Below, piece after piece: positions 19,208 through 29,856 of a stretch of DNA of 64,000 bases; the stretch's first letter is position 1, and every line of letters begins with the position of its first letter. Location: positions 224,001-288,000 of the forward strand of contig OZ223265.1 of the NCBI GenBank assembly GCA_965140585.1, in the 5' to 3' direction. Position numbers and translations under genes: made by a program. The DNA is from Spirochaetia bacterium (GTDB lineage: Bacteria > Spirochaetota > Spirochaetia > UBA9216). The notes under the pieces are model-generated. The model saw nothing but the letters and a program-made list of their open reading frames with translations. It was not told the origin of the DNA and ran no database searches.

Positions 19208-20140
19208 ATGCAGAAAAATAAAGGAAAGATTCTTGTTACCCCCCGCTCTCTGAGCAAGAGCGGGCATCCTTTTCTGGACAAATTCAGGGAAGCCGGCTAT
19301 GAAGTAATTATGCCGTTTCCCGGTGTACAGCCTTCAACTGAGGAACTATCATCAGTTCTTCCGGAATGTGTAGGGTACCTTGCCGGAGTAGAAAAAGTCA
19401 GCGCAGCAGTCCTAAAGAAATGCGAAAAACTGCGTGTAATAAGCCGAAACGGTGTCGGTATTGATAATGTTGATGCAAAGGCAGCCGGTGAAATGGGGAT
19501 ATCGCTGCAGGTTGCAAGGGGTGCTAATTCCAGAGGAGTTGCAGAACTTGCTATTACACTCATGCTGACACTGTTACGCGATATTTCATCAACAAACAGT
19601 TCAGTAAAAAACGGCGGATGGCATAGAACAAAAGGCTTTGAAGTTGAGGGAAAAAGACTTGGTATTATCGGGACGGGTCAGATAGGCCAGTTCACCGCCA
19701 AGCTTGCTTCAGGTCTGGATATGAAGATTATTGCATATGATCCATACCCAAACCCTGAGCTGCCGGAAAGGATTCCCGGATTCTGCTATGAATCAATTGA
19801 GGTGCTTTTAAGCTCAAGTGATGTTATCAGCCTTCATTGTCCTGCAGGTTCGAGTCCGCTTATAAATTCAGAAACTCTCAGTTTATGCAGAAAAGGTACT
19901 TATCTTGTAAATACAGCACGCTCTGCTCTGATTAATGAGGACGCCCTGCTTTCAGCACTGGAGAAGGGGATCATAGCCGGATATGCGGTTGATGCCTTTG
20001 ACACTGAACCGCCTGAATTATCTCCCCTCCTAAAACATGAAAAAGTAATCCTTACATCACATATAGGCGGGTTCACTGCCGAGAGCGTCGACAGAGCCAC
20101 TGAGGCTGCTGTAAAAAATCTTCTCGATAATCTTGGTTAG
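19208..20140 (+). CDS. D-isomer-specific 2-hydroxyacid dehydrogenase (PGDH-like, no ACT domain)
   Basis: RNGVGIDN, GTGQIG, NTAR, EP and SHIGG motifs. Confidence 0.9.
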   Translation: MQKNKGKILVTPRSLSKSGHPFLDKFREAGYEVIMPFPGVQPSTEELSSVLPECVGYLAGVEKVSAAVLKKCEKLRVISRNGVGIDNVDAKAAGEMGISLQVARGANSRGVAELAITLMLTLLRDISSTNSSVKNGGWHRTKGFEVEGKRLGIIGTGQIGQFTAKLASGLDMKIIAYDPYPNPELPERIPGFCYESIEVLLSSSDVISLHCPAGSSPLINSETLSLCRKGTYLVNTARSALINEDALLSALEKGIIAGYAVDAFDTEPPELSPLLKHEKVILTSHIGGFTAESVDRATEAAVKNLLDNLG

Positions 20141-20150
20141 TTACCAGGCC

Positions 20151-20172
20151 GCTGCGGCTTAATCGCCGCAGC
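20151..20172 (+). terminator. Stem-loop after the dehydrogenase gene
   Basis: GCTGCGGC-N6-GCCGCAGC; no clear U-tail. Confidence 0.45.
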
Positions 20173-20293
20173 AGTATAAACACAACAGCCTGTCATTCAG
20201 CTAAATATTCTATATTCGCAATTACACAACTATTTTCGCAATTATATATTGTTACAAAAACAGAAACTCATTAATATGTTCATTGGAGTTATT

Positions 20294-22357
20294 ATGAACA
20301 CAAGTATTAAACGCTTCATTGAAACCGCCGATTCATCTTTCGGATATAAAATCGCACTCGAACTGACTAAACCTGAGCTGTTCAACAGTCCTCTAGGCGG
20401 ACGGCAGTCCGGAAGTGAAGCCGAGCACCGCACCGCAAATTTTCTTGTAGAAAAAATGAAATCCATCGGGCTGACGAATGTAAGGAAGGAGGGTTTTTCC
20501 GCAGACCTCTGGCAGTTCAACGGCAGTACCCTTACAGTGCGAGTCCCGGACACTGAGCTCACTCTTTCTCCCTATGCCTATGCCACCGGTGGAACCTCAG
20601 CCGAAGGTATTACAGCTGAACTTGTCTGCGCCGGACGGGGAACGCTGGATGATTATAAGGGCCTTGATGTAAAAGATAAAATTGTTTTAATCGATATCGA
20701 CATGTATAACGACTGGGAAATTGCCTACCCCACTCTTGAAGCCGAACTGCACGGCGCGGCCGCGGTGATAAGCAGCAGTACCGGCGGCTATGGCCGCTGC
20801 AGCAATGATGCATATAATATACAAAACGCAGCCTGCAGATTAAGTATTCCGTCTGTGAATATAAGTGTAAATGATTCGGATAAGCTGAAGAAATTACTTA
20901 AAAATGGGCCGGTTGAGGTCAACCTTAAAGTTGATAATATAGTCGCCGAAGGCGGGACAAGCTATAACATAGTAGGTGAAATCCCCGGAAAAACCGATGA
21001 AATTATAATTATAGGCGATCATTACGACACCCACTTCTGGGGCTTTCAGGATGATTCCGCCGGAGTAGCGCTGGTATTTTGTATTGCTGATACACTCATT
21101 AAGTCGGGTTACAAGCCGGAAAAGACCCTCCTTTTCGTCCTGCACGGGGCGGAGGAATGGGGAGCAATCGGAACACATTATGACTGGGCTATCGGAGCCT
21201 GGAAGCAGATAAACCATGTACATCCTGAATGGCAGGGCAAAGCTCTGGCCTTCCTGAATTTCGAGCATCCGGCGCACACAATTCTTGACCCAGATTACTA
21301 CATTGATTCGGCTCCGGAATTATTCAGCATGCTCAGACGCTTCAGAAAGCATGCACCTGATCCTTATACGCTCTACCCCGAAGGATTCAGTGAAACCGAT
21401 TATCATATCAGCAGCTGGACCGATTCCTACTCCTACAACCAGGCAGGTATCCCATCTACCTGCAATGCAAGAGGCTCAAAGACTTTTCCGAAAGAGCAGG
21501 ACTTTTATCTTCAGAAATATCACACCCAGTTCGATGATCCTTCAACCTGGGAAGAGGATGTTTTCCGGTACAACCTTGAGTACTTCGGTACTCTGGTAAT
21601 CAGAATGGATAACTCACCATTTCTTGAACTTGATTTCTCTCAGCAGGCGGCAAGAATGACAGAAAGCATAAGAGCAGCAGCTTTCAAATATGCCGGGGTG
21701 GATTCTGAGGCACTTCTTTTAGCTGCTGAAAAGCTGAAAAATGCTGGATCCGGTCTGTTCAAAAAGGCTGCGGCAATAAATGATTATTACTTAAACAGCT
21801 CAGAACTGACTGAAGAGCAGAAAAAGCAGATTAAAGATGCCGCCTATAAAGCAAATAGACAAATACTTGATATTTTCAGGGATATTCAGGACTCCTTATA
21901 TAAACTCGACTGGAACGATGTACCCATTATCCCCCATGCGCAGGCACAGAAAAATCTCGAATTGCTGGCCGAGGCTTTGGTACGACTTAAAGCCGGTGAT
22001 GCTGAATACGTAGTTAATGAAATAATTAAGGAAATCGACTGCCACTGGTATAGTCTGTTTTTCAGCCGTGAGGTTGTTCAGTATCATATTGATCAAATTT
22101 CCGGTGATGAGAACAGGGATAAACTGTTCTGGGGTAAGGATCAGATTCAACATACAGCCGATCTTTGGGAAACTGTAAAATCCCTGAAATCCAGGGTTAA
22201 TCAGCCGGAGGCAGATTTCGATATCGAAATCAGGACATTGATGCAGGAACTTGAAAATCAGAAAAAATATATGACAGAAATAATCCCCATGGAAATAGAA
22301 AGCCTGGAAAGGATTTACCTGAAGCTTCAGAAATTTGAGATGTTAAATATTGCTTGA
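20294..22357 (+). CDS. M28 family metallopeptidase with PA domain
   Basis: GDHYD, QDDSAG, GAEEWG and YHT zinc-ligand motifs; PA insert; no signal peptide. Confidence 0.85.
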   Translation: MNTSIKRFIETADSSFGYKIALELTKPELFNSPLGGRQSGSEAEHRTANFLVEKMKSIGLTNVRKEGFSADLWQFNGSTLTVRVPDTELTLSPYAYATGGTSAEGITAELVCAGRGTLDDYKGLDVKDKIVLIDIDMYNDWEIAYPTLEAELHGAAAVISSSTGGYGRCSNDAYNIQNAACRLSIPSVNISVNDSDKLKKLLKNGPVEVNLKVDNIVAEGGTSYNIVGEIPGKTDEIIIIGDHYDTHFWGFQDDSAGVALVFCIADTLIKSGYKPEKTLLFVLHGAEEWGAIGTHYDWAIGAWKQINHVHPEWQGKALAFLNFEHPAHTILDPDYYIDSAPELFSMLRRFRKHAPDPYTLYPEGFSETDYHISSWTDSYSYNQAGIPSTCNARGSKTFPKEQDFYLQKYHTQFDDPSTWEEDVFRYNLEYFGTLVIRMDNSPFLELDFSQQAARMTESIRAAAFKYAGVDSEALLLAAEKLKNAGSGLFKKAAAINDYYLNSSELTEEQKKQIKDAAYKANRQILDIFRDIQDSLYKLDWNDVPIIPHAQAQKNLELLAEALVRLKAGDAEYVVNEIIKEIDCHWYSLFFSREVVQYHIDQISGDENRDKLFWGKDQIQHTADLWETVKSLKSRVNQPEADFDIEIRTLMQELENQKKYMTEIIPMEIESLERIYLKLQKFEMLNIA

Positions 22358-22365
22358 AGGTAATC

Positions 22366-22410
22366 AAAAAAGGAGCTGGAAGAATCACTTCTTTCAGCTC
22401 CTAATTTTTT
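22366..22410. terminator. Bidirectional terminator
   Basis: A6-GGAGCTGGAAGAA...TTCTTTCAGCTCC-T-run, lying between convergent genes. Confidence 0.8.
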
Positions 22411-22426
22411 GTGTGTAATGTGTGAT

Positions 22427-23128
22427 CTATCTTCTTCGTCCGAAGATTCTCAAAACAAAGAGGAAAATATTTATAAAATCAAGATACAGTTTAAGAGCCC
22501 CCATGATTGAAAGACGCATGTAATTGGTCTCGTCGACACCGCCGCTAAACTGTCTGCTCATTCTCATAATCTGCTGGGTGTCATAGGCTGTCAATCCCAT
22601 AAAGACAGCAACCCCGATGTATGAAATCAGGTAATATAATGCTGAGCTCTGAAGAAAGAAATTAATGATCGTAGCGATAATAATTCCTATAAGTCCCATC
22701 ATAAGATAGTGGGCCATTCCCTGAAGTTCGCGCTTTGTAGTTACTGCATACAAACTCATGCCTCCAAACATAGCCGCAGTGGTGAAAAATGCAAGCGATA
22801 TAGTTGCACCTGTATAGGCCAAAAAAATCACCGATAGAGTCACACCGTTAAGTGCCGCATAGGCGGTGAAAGAAAGAGTTGCAGCCATACTGCTCATATT
22901 CATCAATCTTCTCGACATAAACATCACAAGAATGAGCTCTCCGATAACTGCTCCGAAAAACAACATTGGATTTGAAACCAGCATGTACATCACCGACTGG
23001 TTACCGGCCAGCCAGTATGCAATTACACCGGTAAGTGCCAGCCCTCCGGTCATCCAAAGATAAACATTCTTTATGATACTTCTTTCCCGCGCCATTGCGG
23101 GATTAATATAATTGTCCCTTGTATCCAT
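22427..23128 (-). CDS. Bax inhibitor-1/YccA family membrane protein
   Basis: VYLWM, TAYDTQ and GALKLYLDFINIF motifs; about seven TM segments. Confidence 0.92.
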   Translation of the reverse strand: MDTRDNYINPAMARERSIIKNVYLWMTGGLALTGVIAYWLAGNQSVMYMLVSNPMLFFGAVIGELILVMFMSRRLMNMSSMAATLSFTAYAALNGVTLSVIFLAYTGATISLAFFTTAAMFGGMSLYAVTTKRELQGMAHYLMMGLIGIIIATIINFFLQSSALYYLISYIGVAVFMGLTAYDTQQIMRMSRQFSGGVDETNYMRLSIMGALKLYLDFINIFLFVLRIFGRRR

Positions 23129-23324
23129 CTCTTACTCCTTTTATAGGATGATTAATAGATAATCAGGAAAGGTGGTGATCGTCAAGTTAAGTAGTCAGAT
23201 TTTACACTCTGTTCATATAATTAACATTTCCACATTACATTTCGTTTACAAATACTTAAAATACCGCACAATTAAGTTAACTTATATTGATTTTTTTTAT
23301 TAAAAATGTTTACTTATACTTGAT

Positions 23325-24305
23325 ATGAATCATAGTACAAAAGGCTTATTCTGCATTGCTGCATCAACTGTACTATTCAGCACAATGGAAATAGCGCTCA
23401 AACAGATAGCAGGGGATTTCAATCCCGTTCAGCTCAACTTCATCAGGTTTACTTTAGGCGGATTGTTCCTGCTTCCCTTCACTATCAGTTACCTCAGAAG
23501 GAAGGGAATCAGAATTAAAGCAATAGATCTTCTGTTCTTTCTGCTTACCGGCTTTGCTGGTATCACCGTCAGCATGGCCTTCTATCAGACAGCTCTGATT
23601 GAGACTCCGGCATCTGTTGTTGCGGTTATTTTCAGCTGTAACCCGGTTTTTACTGCCATATTTGCTGCACTGATACTCAAGGAGAAAATTAATATTTTCA
23701 CTATTTTCAGCGCAGTTCTGGCAGCAGCCGGAATTATATTGATTGCCGCCCCGTTTAATAATTCTGCATCACCTGTGCAGGGTATTGTTTTAACAATCTG
23801 CGGCGCAACTGCGTTTTCACTTTACGGGGTTCTCGGGCGGACAAAAAGCAGCCGGCTGGGAGTAATGGCAGTCACATGTTTCAGCTTTATTGCTGCCGGA
23901 CTAGAAATGCTTATTCTTATTTTTATCAGTCACCTCAGTCCGGCAATTTCATTACTTCACAAGGCAGGTCTGGAAATCTTTACATCAATTCCGATTACAT
24001 CAGGAATAAGCCTGACCAACCTTCCTGTTCTTCTGTATGTCAGCATATTTGTAACAGGCTTGGGATATACCCTCTATGCACTGGCTATAAGAAACACATC
24101 CGCTCAGGCCGCTTCTTCCGTATTCTATATCAAACCCTTTTTAGCAGCACTATTGAGTTATTTTATTCTAAATGAAGTGACAGGGTTCACAACAGCTGTG
24201 GGAATAGCATTGATAAGTGCCGGTTCGGTTTTTACACTGATAAAACCGAAAAAACCGGCAAAGAGTCCAGATACTGATGGGATTCTTGTGAAAAAAGCCT
24301 CTTAA
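23325..24305 (+). CDS. DMT/EamA family transporter
   Basis: About ten TM segments in two EamA repeats (IRF, LKEK, LNE). Confidence 0.88.
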   Translation: MNHSTKGLFCIAASTVLFSTMEIALKQIAGDFNPVQLNFIRFTLGGLFLLPFTISYLRRKGIRIKAIDLLFFLLTGFAGITVSMAFYQTALIETPASVVAVIFSCNPVFTAIFAALILKEKINIFTIFSAVLAAAGIILIAAPFNNSASPVQGIVLTICGATAFSLYGVLGRTKSSRLGVMAVTCFSFIAAGLEMLILIFISHLSPAISLLHKAGLEIFTSIPITSGISLTNLPVLLYVSIFVTGLGYTLYALAIRNTSAQAASSVFYIKPFLAALLSYFILNEVTGFTTAVGIALISAGSVFTLIKPKKPAKSPDTDGILVKKAS

Positions 24306-24997
24306 ACAGATTTTCTGCCGTTCAGGATTGCCCTGATCTTTCTCCAGTCAGGAAGGAAGCTGTCCATGTAGCTGTAAAAGCGGCTATTATGCCCCCTCTC
24401 AAGCAAATGCACAAGCTCATGAACATAAACATACTCTAAACAGTCATCTGACAATTTTGCCAGTTCAGTATTTAGGCGTATGTGCCTTGAACTGAGGCTG
24501 CAGCTGCCCCATCTTGACTTCATTTTACGGAAGCTTACCGATTCGGGCTCAAGCTTTGTCAGTTTTTTCCATTTCGGTATAAGTAAATCAATTCTTGCAG
24601 CAAGCTCATTCCGGTACCATGAATATAAAAGCCGTGCTCTTTTTTCATAATCTGATGTACCCCTTAGGTACATATACATATTGTTTCCTGAAGTTTCAAT
24701 TCCAGACTGATCAGCATCTTCTACCAGCACAAGGGTATAGGCTTTTCCCCGAAAATAGTGAGTCTCTCCGGAGATCATCTGAAGTTCCTGAAGAGGTTCA
24801 TTATTTGCATACTTCTGCCGATGCTTGATAATCCAGTCAAGGCGTGAATATGCAAACTTCATTACAGACTTCTCTGTCGCCAGAAGAGGAGATGTAATAC
24901 GGACTTCTCCACTGGGCGGATGTATTGACAGGTTGATATTCTTCACATTTTTACGCTTAAGAAGTACAGGAATATCATCTAAATACAGAATCTTCAA
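24302..24997 (-). CDS. YgjP/DUF45 family metallohydrolase
   Basis: MKSRWGSCS and HELVHLLERGH motifs. Confidence 0.88.
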   Translation of the reverse strand: MKILYLDDIPVLLKRKNVKNINLSIHPPSGEVRITSPLLATEKSVMKFAYSRLDWIIKHRQKYANNEPLQELQMISGETHYFRGKAYTLVLVEDADQSGIETSGNNMYMYLRGTSDYEKRARLLYSWYRNELAARIDLLIPKWKKLTKLEPESVSFRKMKSRWGSCSLSSRHIRLNTELAKLSDDCLEYVYVHELVHLLERGHNSRFYSYMDSFLPDWRKIRAILNGRKSV

Positions 24998-25136
24998 GTA
25001 TCGCTCCGGATCTTTTTATACACATAAAAATACATAGATGCAATCATTTTATCGGGTCTTTTTACCTCCTGCTATTGCTTCTGAAAGACTGTGAAATATA
25101 CTTAATATTAGCAGTAAATATTTTTACGGGGTCAAT

Positions 25137-26222
25137 ATGGTTTCCGAGAAAAGAAAAATTCTATTTGTAGACGATGAACCGAATATACTGAACAGCCTGA
25201 AAAGACTGCTCAGATCCAAAAAGAATATCTGGGACATGAGTTTTGCCATCAGCGGAGAAGAAGCGCTTAGAATCATAAATCAGCAGAAAATCGAGCTCAT
25301 TGTATCTGATATGCGAATGCCCGAGATGGATGGAGTTGAGCTGCTTAAACGCATCAAGGAAATTGACAGCAGTATCATAAGAATTATCCTCTCTGGATAT
25401 TCTGATCTTGATATGATCCTGTCTGTTACAGAAACTGCACATCAGTATCTGGCAAAACCCTGTGATATAGAATTGCTTGAGAAGATTATCACTCAGTCAT
25501 GCAGTCTTCTGGATGCTGAGGAATCTGAAAATCTGATGCGGCCTATAGCAGCTATCACTTCGGTTCCTGTGAATCAGGAGGTTCTGAACAGACTGAAAAA
25601 CAAACTCGAACAAGAAGAAATTTCCATTAATGAGATTTCAAAAATTGTAGCAGAAGATCTTGGAATTTCTACAAAACTGCTGCAGCTGAATTATTCAGCT
25701 TTTTTTGGATTTAAGAGAGACATTTATTCAATTTATGACGCCGTCAATCTTCTCGGCACAGAGATACTTAAGGCGCTTGTGCTAAAACTTAATATATTTG
25801 ACTCGTATGCAAGCAGTTCTGTTACTAAAGAAAGCAGTGGTATCGTATTCGGAAAGTACGTTGAGGAGCTGATATCGGATATGGATGATCCATCCGCCTC
25901 CGGTTATATAAGAATTGCCGGAGGGCTCCGCGATACAAGCAGCCAGATGGTTTCCGGCAACCCTGAACTTGAAAAACTCAGCGGAGCTACGAAAGACAAG
26001 GCAGGAGCGTACCTTCTAAAACTATGGGGCTTTCCGCAATCTATCACCGATCCCATAGAATTTTACCGGACCCCTTCTGAATATACCGGCGATTATCTGC
26101 AGGGAGTGGCAATCCTGCACGCTGCGGATTTACTTTCAAAAGGCGAGAACCCATCAGAAAGTACTGCTGTACTTCTTCAAAAAGCAGGGCTGCAGGATAA
26201 ACTTGGCAGAATCAGTCTTTAG
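25137..26222 (+). CDS. Response regulator with HDOD output domain
   Basis: Receiver motifs FVDDE, SDMRMP and AKP; HDOD-like KLLQLNYSAFFG and AYLLKLWGFP. Confidence 0.85.
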   Translation: MVSEKRKILFVDDEPNILNSLKRLLRSKKNIWDMSFAISGEEALRIINQQKIELIVSDMRMPEMDGVELLKRIKEIDSSIIRIILSGYSDLDMILSVTETAHQYLAKPCDIELLEKIITQSCSLLDAEESENLMRPIAAITSVPVNQEVLNRLKNKLEQEEISINEISKIVAEDLGISTKLLQLNYSAFFGFKRDIYSIYDAVNLLGTEILKALVLKLNIFDSYASSSVTKESSGIVFGKYVEELISDMDDPSASGYIRIAGGLRDTSSQMVSGNPELEKLSGATKDKAGAYLLKLWGFPQSITDPIEFYRTPSEYTGDYLQGVAILHAADLLSKGENPSESTAVLLQKAGLQDKLGRISL

Positions 26223-26423
26223 ACCGTGTCAATTTGAACAATATTGAACATTCACGGTACAGGAAAAAGAGTCATTTTGACACAATCATACAGTAAAACT
26301 GCGTCATTTTCCCCTGATAGAAGTTTAAATTATTCGGACGTTCTGGAAATTATTAAACAGAGCAAAATCAATAATTCACTATCATATAAGAACTTACACA
26401 TTTTTTAGCATACGAGATAAATT

Positions 26424-26440
26424 TTGGCACACATTATGCA
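26424..26440 (+). promoter_or_regulatory. Sigma54 (-24/-12) promoter of the hsp20 pair
   Basis: TTGGCACACATTATGCA: GG at 26426-27, 10 nt, then GC at 26438-39. Confidence 0.8.
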
Positions 26441-26475
26441 ATATATAAGTAACACCAATTCAGGAGGTATATATT

Positions 26476-26937
26476 ATGGCACTTGTAAGATGGAAAGAAC
26501 GAACACCCTATGATCCCTGGGCGGACCTGCAAAAACTTCAGAGCGAGATCAATGATCTTTTTGATGTCGGAGCCCGCAGCGAGAATGCCGGTCTTTTTGA
26601 CCGAAGTGTATCTCCCCCAGTAGACATAATTGAAAGCGAACATGATTTTTCAATTATCTGTGAGCTGCCCGGACTTGAACAGAAAGACATTGATCTAAGT
26701 ATTACTTCAAACATTATAACTATCAAGGGTGAGAAGAAAGGTAAAAATGAGCTAAAGGAAAAAGGAAAGCTTTACAAGAAAGAGAGCTGGAGCGGCTCAT
26801 TTCAAAGGACTCTTTCAATGCCTGAGAGCATTGATTCAGAGAAAATTAAAGCTGAACTTTCTAACGGAATACTGACAATAAATGTTCTTAAAAAAGAAGA
26901 AATGAAAGCAAAGCAGATTGCTGTAAAGGTAAAATAG
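26476..26937 (+). CDS. Small heat-shock protein (Hsp20)
   Basis: PPVDI, ELPG, GSFQR and NGIL alpha-crystallin motifs; strong SD. Confidence 0.93.
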   Translation: MALVRWKERTPYDPWADLQKLQSEINDLFDVGARSENAGLFDRSVSPPVDIIESEHDFSIICELPGLEQKDIDLSITSNIITIKGEKKGKNELKEKGKLYKKESWSGSFQRTLSMPESIDSEKIKAELSNGILTINVLKKEEMKAKQIAVKVK

Positions 26938-26946
26938 GAGGATATT

Positions 26947-27300
26947 ATGGCTGAAGCAACTAAAGTATCAAAAAACAGACTTTCCGCCTGCTGTGATATC
27001 TATGAACAGGAAGGGAAAGTATACCTGACAATGGAAATGCCGGGTGTTTCAAAAGAAGATCTTGAAATAAAAGTTGACGATAACAAGCTGTTTATTTCAG
27101 GCAGAAAAGAACTCCGGCATCCGGATGGAGAGTTCCGCATACGTGAAATACGGGAAGGAGATTACCATCACGTCTTCACTATCGATAATACCATAGACCG
27201 GGATAAGATTGATGCTGAAATAAAGAATGGAATCCTTAATGTTGTACTTTCTATAAAGGAATCTGAAAAGCCGAGAAGAATTGAGATTAAGGCAAGCTGA
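26947..27300 (+). CDS. Small heat-shock protein (Hsp20), second copy
   Basis: EMPGV, NGIL and the C-terminal PRRIEI motif. Confidence 0.9.
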   Translation: MAEATKVSKNRLSACCDIYEQEGKVYLTMEMPGVSKEDLEIKVDDNKLFISGRKELRHPDGEFRIREIREGDYHHVFTIDNTIDRDKIDAEIKNGILNVVLSIKESEKPRRIEIKAS

Positions 27301-27321
27301 AAATATTAGGCATGATGGTTT

Positions 27322-27360
27322 AAAGCGGGGAAGCGCCTGAGGGCAGCTCTCCGCTTTTTT
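27322..27360. terminator. Bidirectional terminator
   Basis: AAAGCGGGGA...TCTCCGCTTTTTT, lying between convergent genes. Confidence 0.7.
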
Positions 27361-28702
27361 ATGTTTTGAATTTTCCAATCAGATTCTGAACTTCTTCAAC
27401 ATTTGATTCATTTTTATTCGCTGTCTCAATAAAATCATCTATATCAGATGAGATTGATTCTATCTCCGATTCAATAGCCGGAAAATCAGATTTAATACTG
27501 TCTGAAATACTTCCTATCCCCGAAAGCGACTTCTGAATTGTTGAAATGCTTATGTTTATCAAATCTGAGCTGTTTTTTACCCGGCTGGATGAATCAAGCA
27601 GATTATCGAGAATAGAAAGCTCAGTGCTGCTTTTATCTGCAAGACTTGAAATACTGTCCCTGAAAACAGAAATCTCTTTAAGTGTATTTTGAATACCGCT
27701 GAGTATACTTTGGAATTTCTCACCGGTCACTGATGAGGTTTCTTTGGTATGATTGATATATTCTGATATCTCATTGAGGGAGCCGCTGATTTTCTTCGCA
27801 TTGAAAGCGGTATTCTCTGCAAGTTTTCTTATTTCATCAGCCACCACAGCAAAACCTTTTCCTGAATCACCGGCATGAGCAGCTTCTATTGCAGCGTTCA
27901 TTGCCAGAAGGTTTGTTTGAGCTGCAATAGAATTTATTACATTTATCATTTCCAGAATTATTGAGGTCGAGTCTGATATCATGTTGATATTTTCAATAGT
28001 CAAGTTCATTGATTCAGTACCTGAAACAGCAACCTTCTCGAGTGCATTAAGAGTGTTCAGATTCTTTGATATATTTTCTGGAACTTCATTAATAAGTTTA
28101 ATTACATTTTCCATAGTCTGTGATGATTCTGAGATATGCAATATAAGTCGCTGCACTTCCGAAGTAAAACCGCTTAACTCTCCAGTATTTCTTCTTGATT
28201 CAACAACATCGGCATCAATGGCTTCAAGCTCACCGGACAGTTTTGCTATCTTTAAAATAAGTTCCTTATTTCTGCTTCCTGTTTGTGCTCCCAGAGAATT
28301 CAAACCCATTCCTATTTCAGAAACCCGGTTTAATGCATCTTTTATGGCATTCAGCATTAACCTGAGATTCTGTATAAAGCCGTTAAAGTTATCAGTGAGG
28401 ATTCCAAGTTCATCGTCTGATTCAAGAGAAACACATGCAGTCAAATCTCCCTGATTGCAGGAAATATCCTTCATTTGTACAGAGATTATCTTTATAACCC
28501 TGTAAATGGTTTTTTTACCTATCAGGTAAGAAACAAGTCCGACTGTTATTCCGGCAGCTATGCAGCCCGCCACATAAATTAACATTGCGGCTCTGCTTTT
28601 AAACTCTGTAAAAAGAGAGGTATAAAGAGGAAAAATTATTCCCATAAGAAACCCGAAACTGACTGAATAAAGGAGATATCTCCTGCTTACACTCTTCAGC
28701 AT
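27359..28702 (-). CDS. Methyl-accepting chemotaxis protein (2 TM, HAMP, almost no periplasmic domain)
   Basis: [35 protein letters not shown] signature; HAMP motif DELGIL. Confidence 0.93.
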   Translation of the reverse strand: MLKSVSRRYLLYSVSFGFLMGIIFPLYTSLFTEFKSRAAMLIYVAGCIAAGITVGLVSYLIGKKTIYRVIKIISVQMKDISCNQGDLTACVSLESDDELGILTDNFNGFIQNLRLMLNAIKDALNRVSEIGMGLNSLGAQTGSRNKELILKIAKLSGELEAIDADVVESRRNTGELSGFTSEVQRLILHISESSQTMENVIKLINEVPENISKNLNTLNALEKVAVSGTESMNLTIENINMISDSTSIILEMINVINSIAAQTNLLAMNAAIEAAHAGDSGKGFAVVADEIRKLAENTAFNAKKISGSLNEISEYINHTKETSSVTGEKFQSILSGIQNTLKEISVFRDSISSLADKSSTELSILDNLLDSSSRVKNSSDLINISISTIQKSLSGIGSISDSIKSDFPAIESEIESISSDIDDFIETANKNESNVEEVQNLIGKFKT

Positions 28703-28904
28703 GTCTGCAGCCCTATTAAACAGGTCATAATTAAAAGATAGTATTCCTGAGGCTGATATGCAAATTTTATACTGCTGGAAACACACAGCCGGGCGAACTC
28801 TTTTATATTTAAATTTTATTAAAAGTATTCAATATGAAGTTTTAAAGCTGTTTTAATACCTTGACCAAGTGTAATATTGCCTCAGAAAGATTAGGGATGT
28901 GTAG

Positions 28905-29399
28905 ATGGGAAAAATACTTGTTTTATACTACAGCTTTGAAGGAAGCACAAAAAAGATGGCGGAAGCGGCAGCCGAGTCAATACATGCGGATATTTCAGAA
29001 ATACGTACTGTGAAAGAATCTCAGCCCAGAGGGCTGGCAAAGTTTATCTGGGGAGGCAGCCAGGTGATGATGAAAAAGCTCCCTGAAATAAAAGCGCTTG
29101 ATAAGAATCCTATGGAATATGATCTGATTTTCATCGGGACACCGGTCTGGGCAGGCTCTGTTTCACCTCCTGTAAACACAGTGTTTTCAAAAAATATAAT
29201 AACAGGAAAAAACATTGCTTTGTTCTACTGTCACCTCGGAGGTGCTGAAAAAGTTATTGAACGTTTCAGTGAAGTACTGGGAAGCAATACACTTATTTCA
29301 TCACAGGAGTGTGTGAATGTTGAGAAGATTCCTGATATTGCCGCAGCCGAAATTACGAGCTGGGCAAAAAAGCTTGCGAACGGCATAAGAGTCGGCTGA
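28905..29399 (+). CDS. Flavodoxin-family protein
   Basis: YYSFEGSTK and IGTPVW motifs. Confidence 0.88.
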   Translation: MGKILVLYYSFEGSTKKMAEAAAESIHADISEIRTVKESQPRGLAKFIWGGSQVMMKKLPEIKALDKNPMEYDLIFIGTPVWAGSVSPPVNTVFSKNIITGKNIALFYCHLGGAEKVIERFSEVLGSNTLISSQECVNVEKIPDIAAAEITSWAKKLANGIRVG

Positions 29400-29856
29400 C
29401 TGAATGTTAATATGGAATAAGCCCGTTCTCTATTCAGTTCATGCAGCGTCAATATTATTAAAGCTGTAGGAAACAGATTGACCATAGGTCATTATTATAT
29501 AAACAAAGTTTACTTCTGCAGCAAAGTATAATCTGCTTATATATGCTTCCGCTCAGGGCGCCCGCCCCCGGCAGGCATGAGAAATTTAATGAGCCGGAGA
29601 TTCAGGACCTTCCATAGCCTGGATGAAGATTCCCGGCAACTGAACATCACCCCTGCTGCTTAACGCAGAGAAGTTGATTGTGCCGTCACGGGTGCAACCG
29701 CCTGTAAATCTCCAGTCATTTGTAACAGAAACAATAATCTCTACATGTCTTCTAAGCATATCGGAGTATAAATCATCATCTTCAAAATAAATTAAATAAC
29801 ATTAGACCTGCAGCACTTACTGAATCACCGTGAATAATCGCATATTATTCTGCTAT

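Noticed and set aside
24302-24997. Type I restriction-modification/defence locus marked by YgjP
   Set aside because: No hsd or other defence genes are adjacent.
29640-29705. c-di-GMP-II or THF riboswitch (GTGCAACC on +, GCGTTAAG on -)
   Set aside because: Only short sub-motifs match; the remaining conserved elements and spacing are missing.
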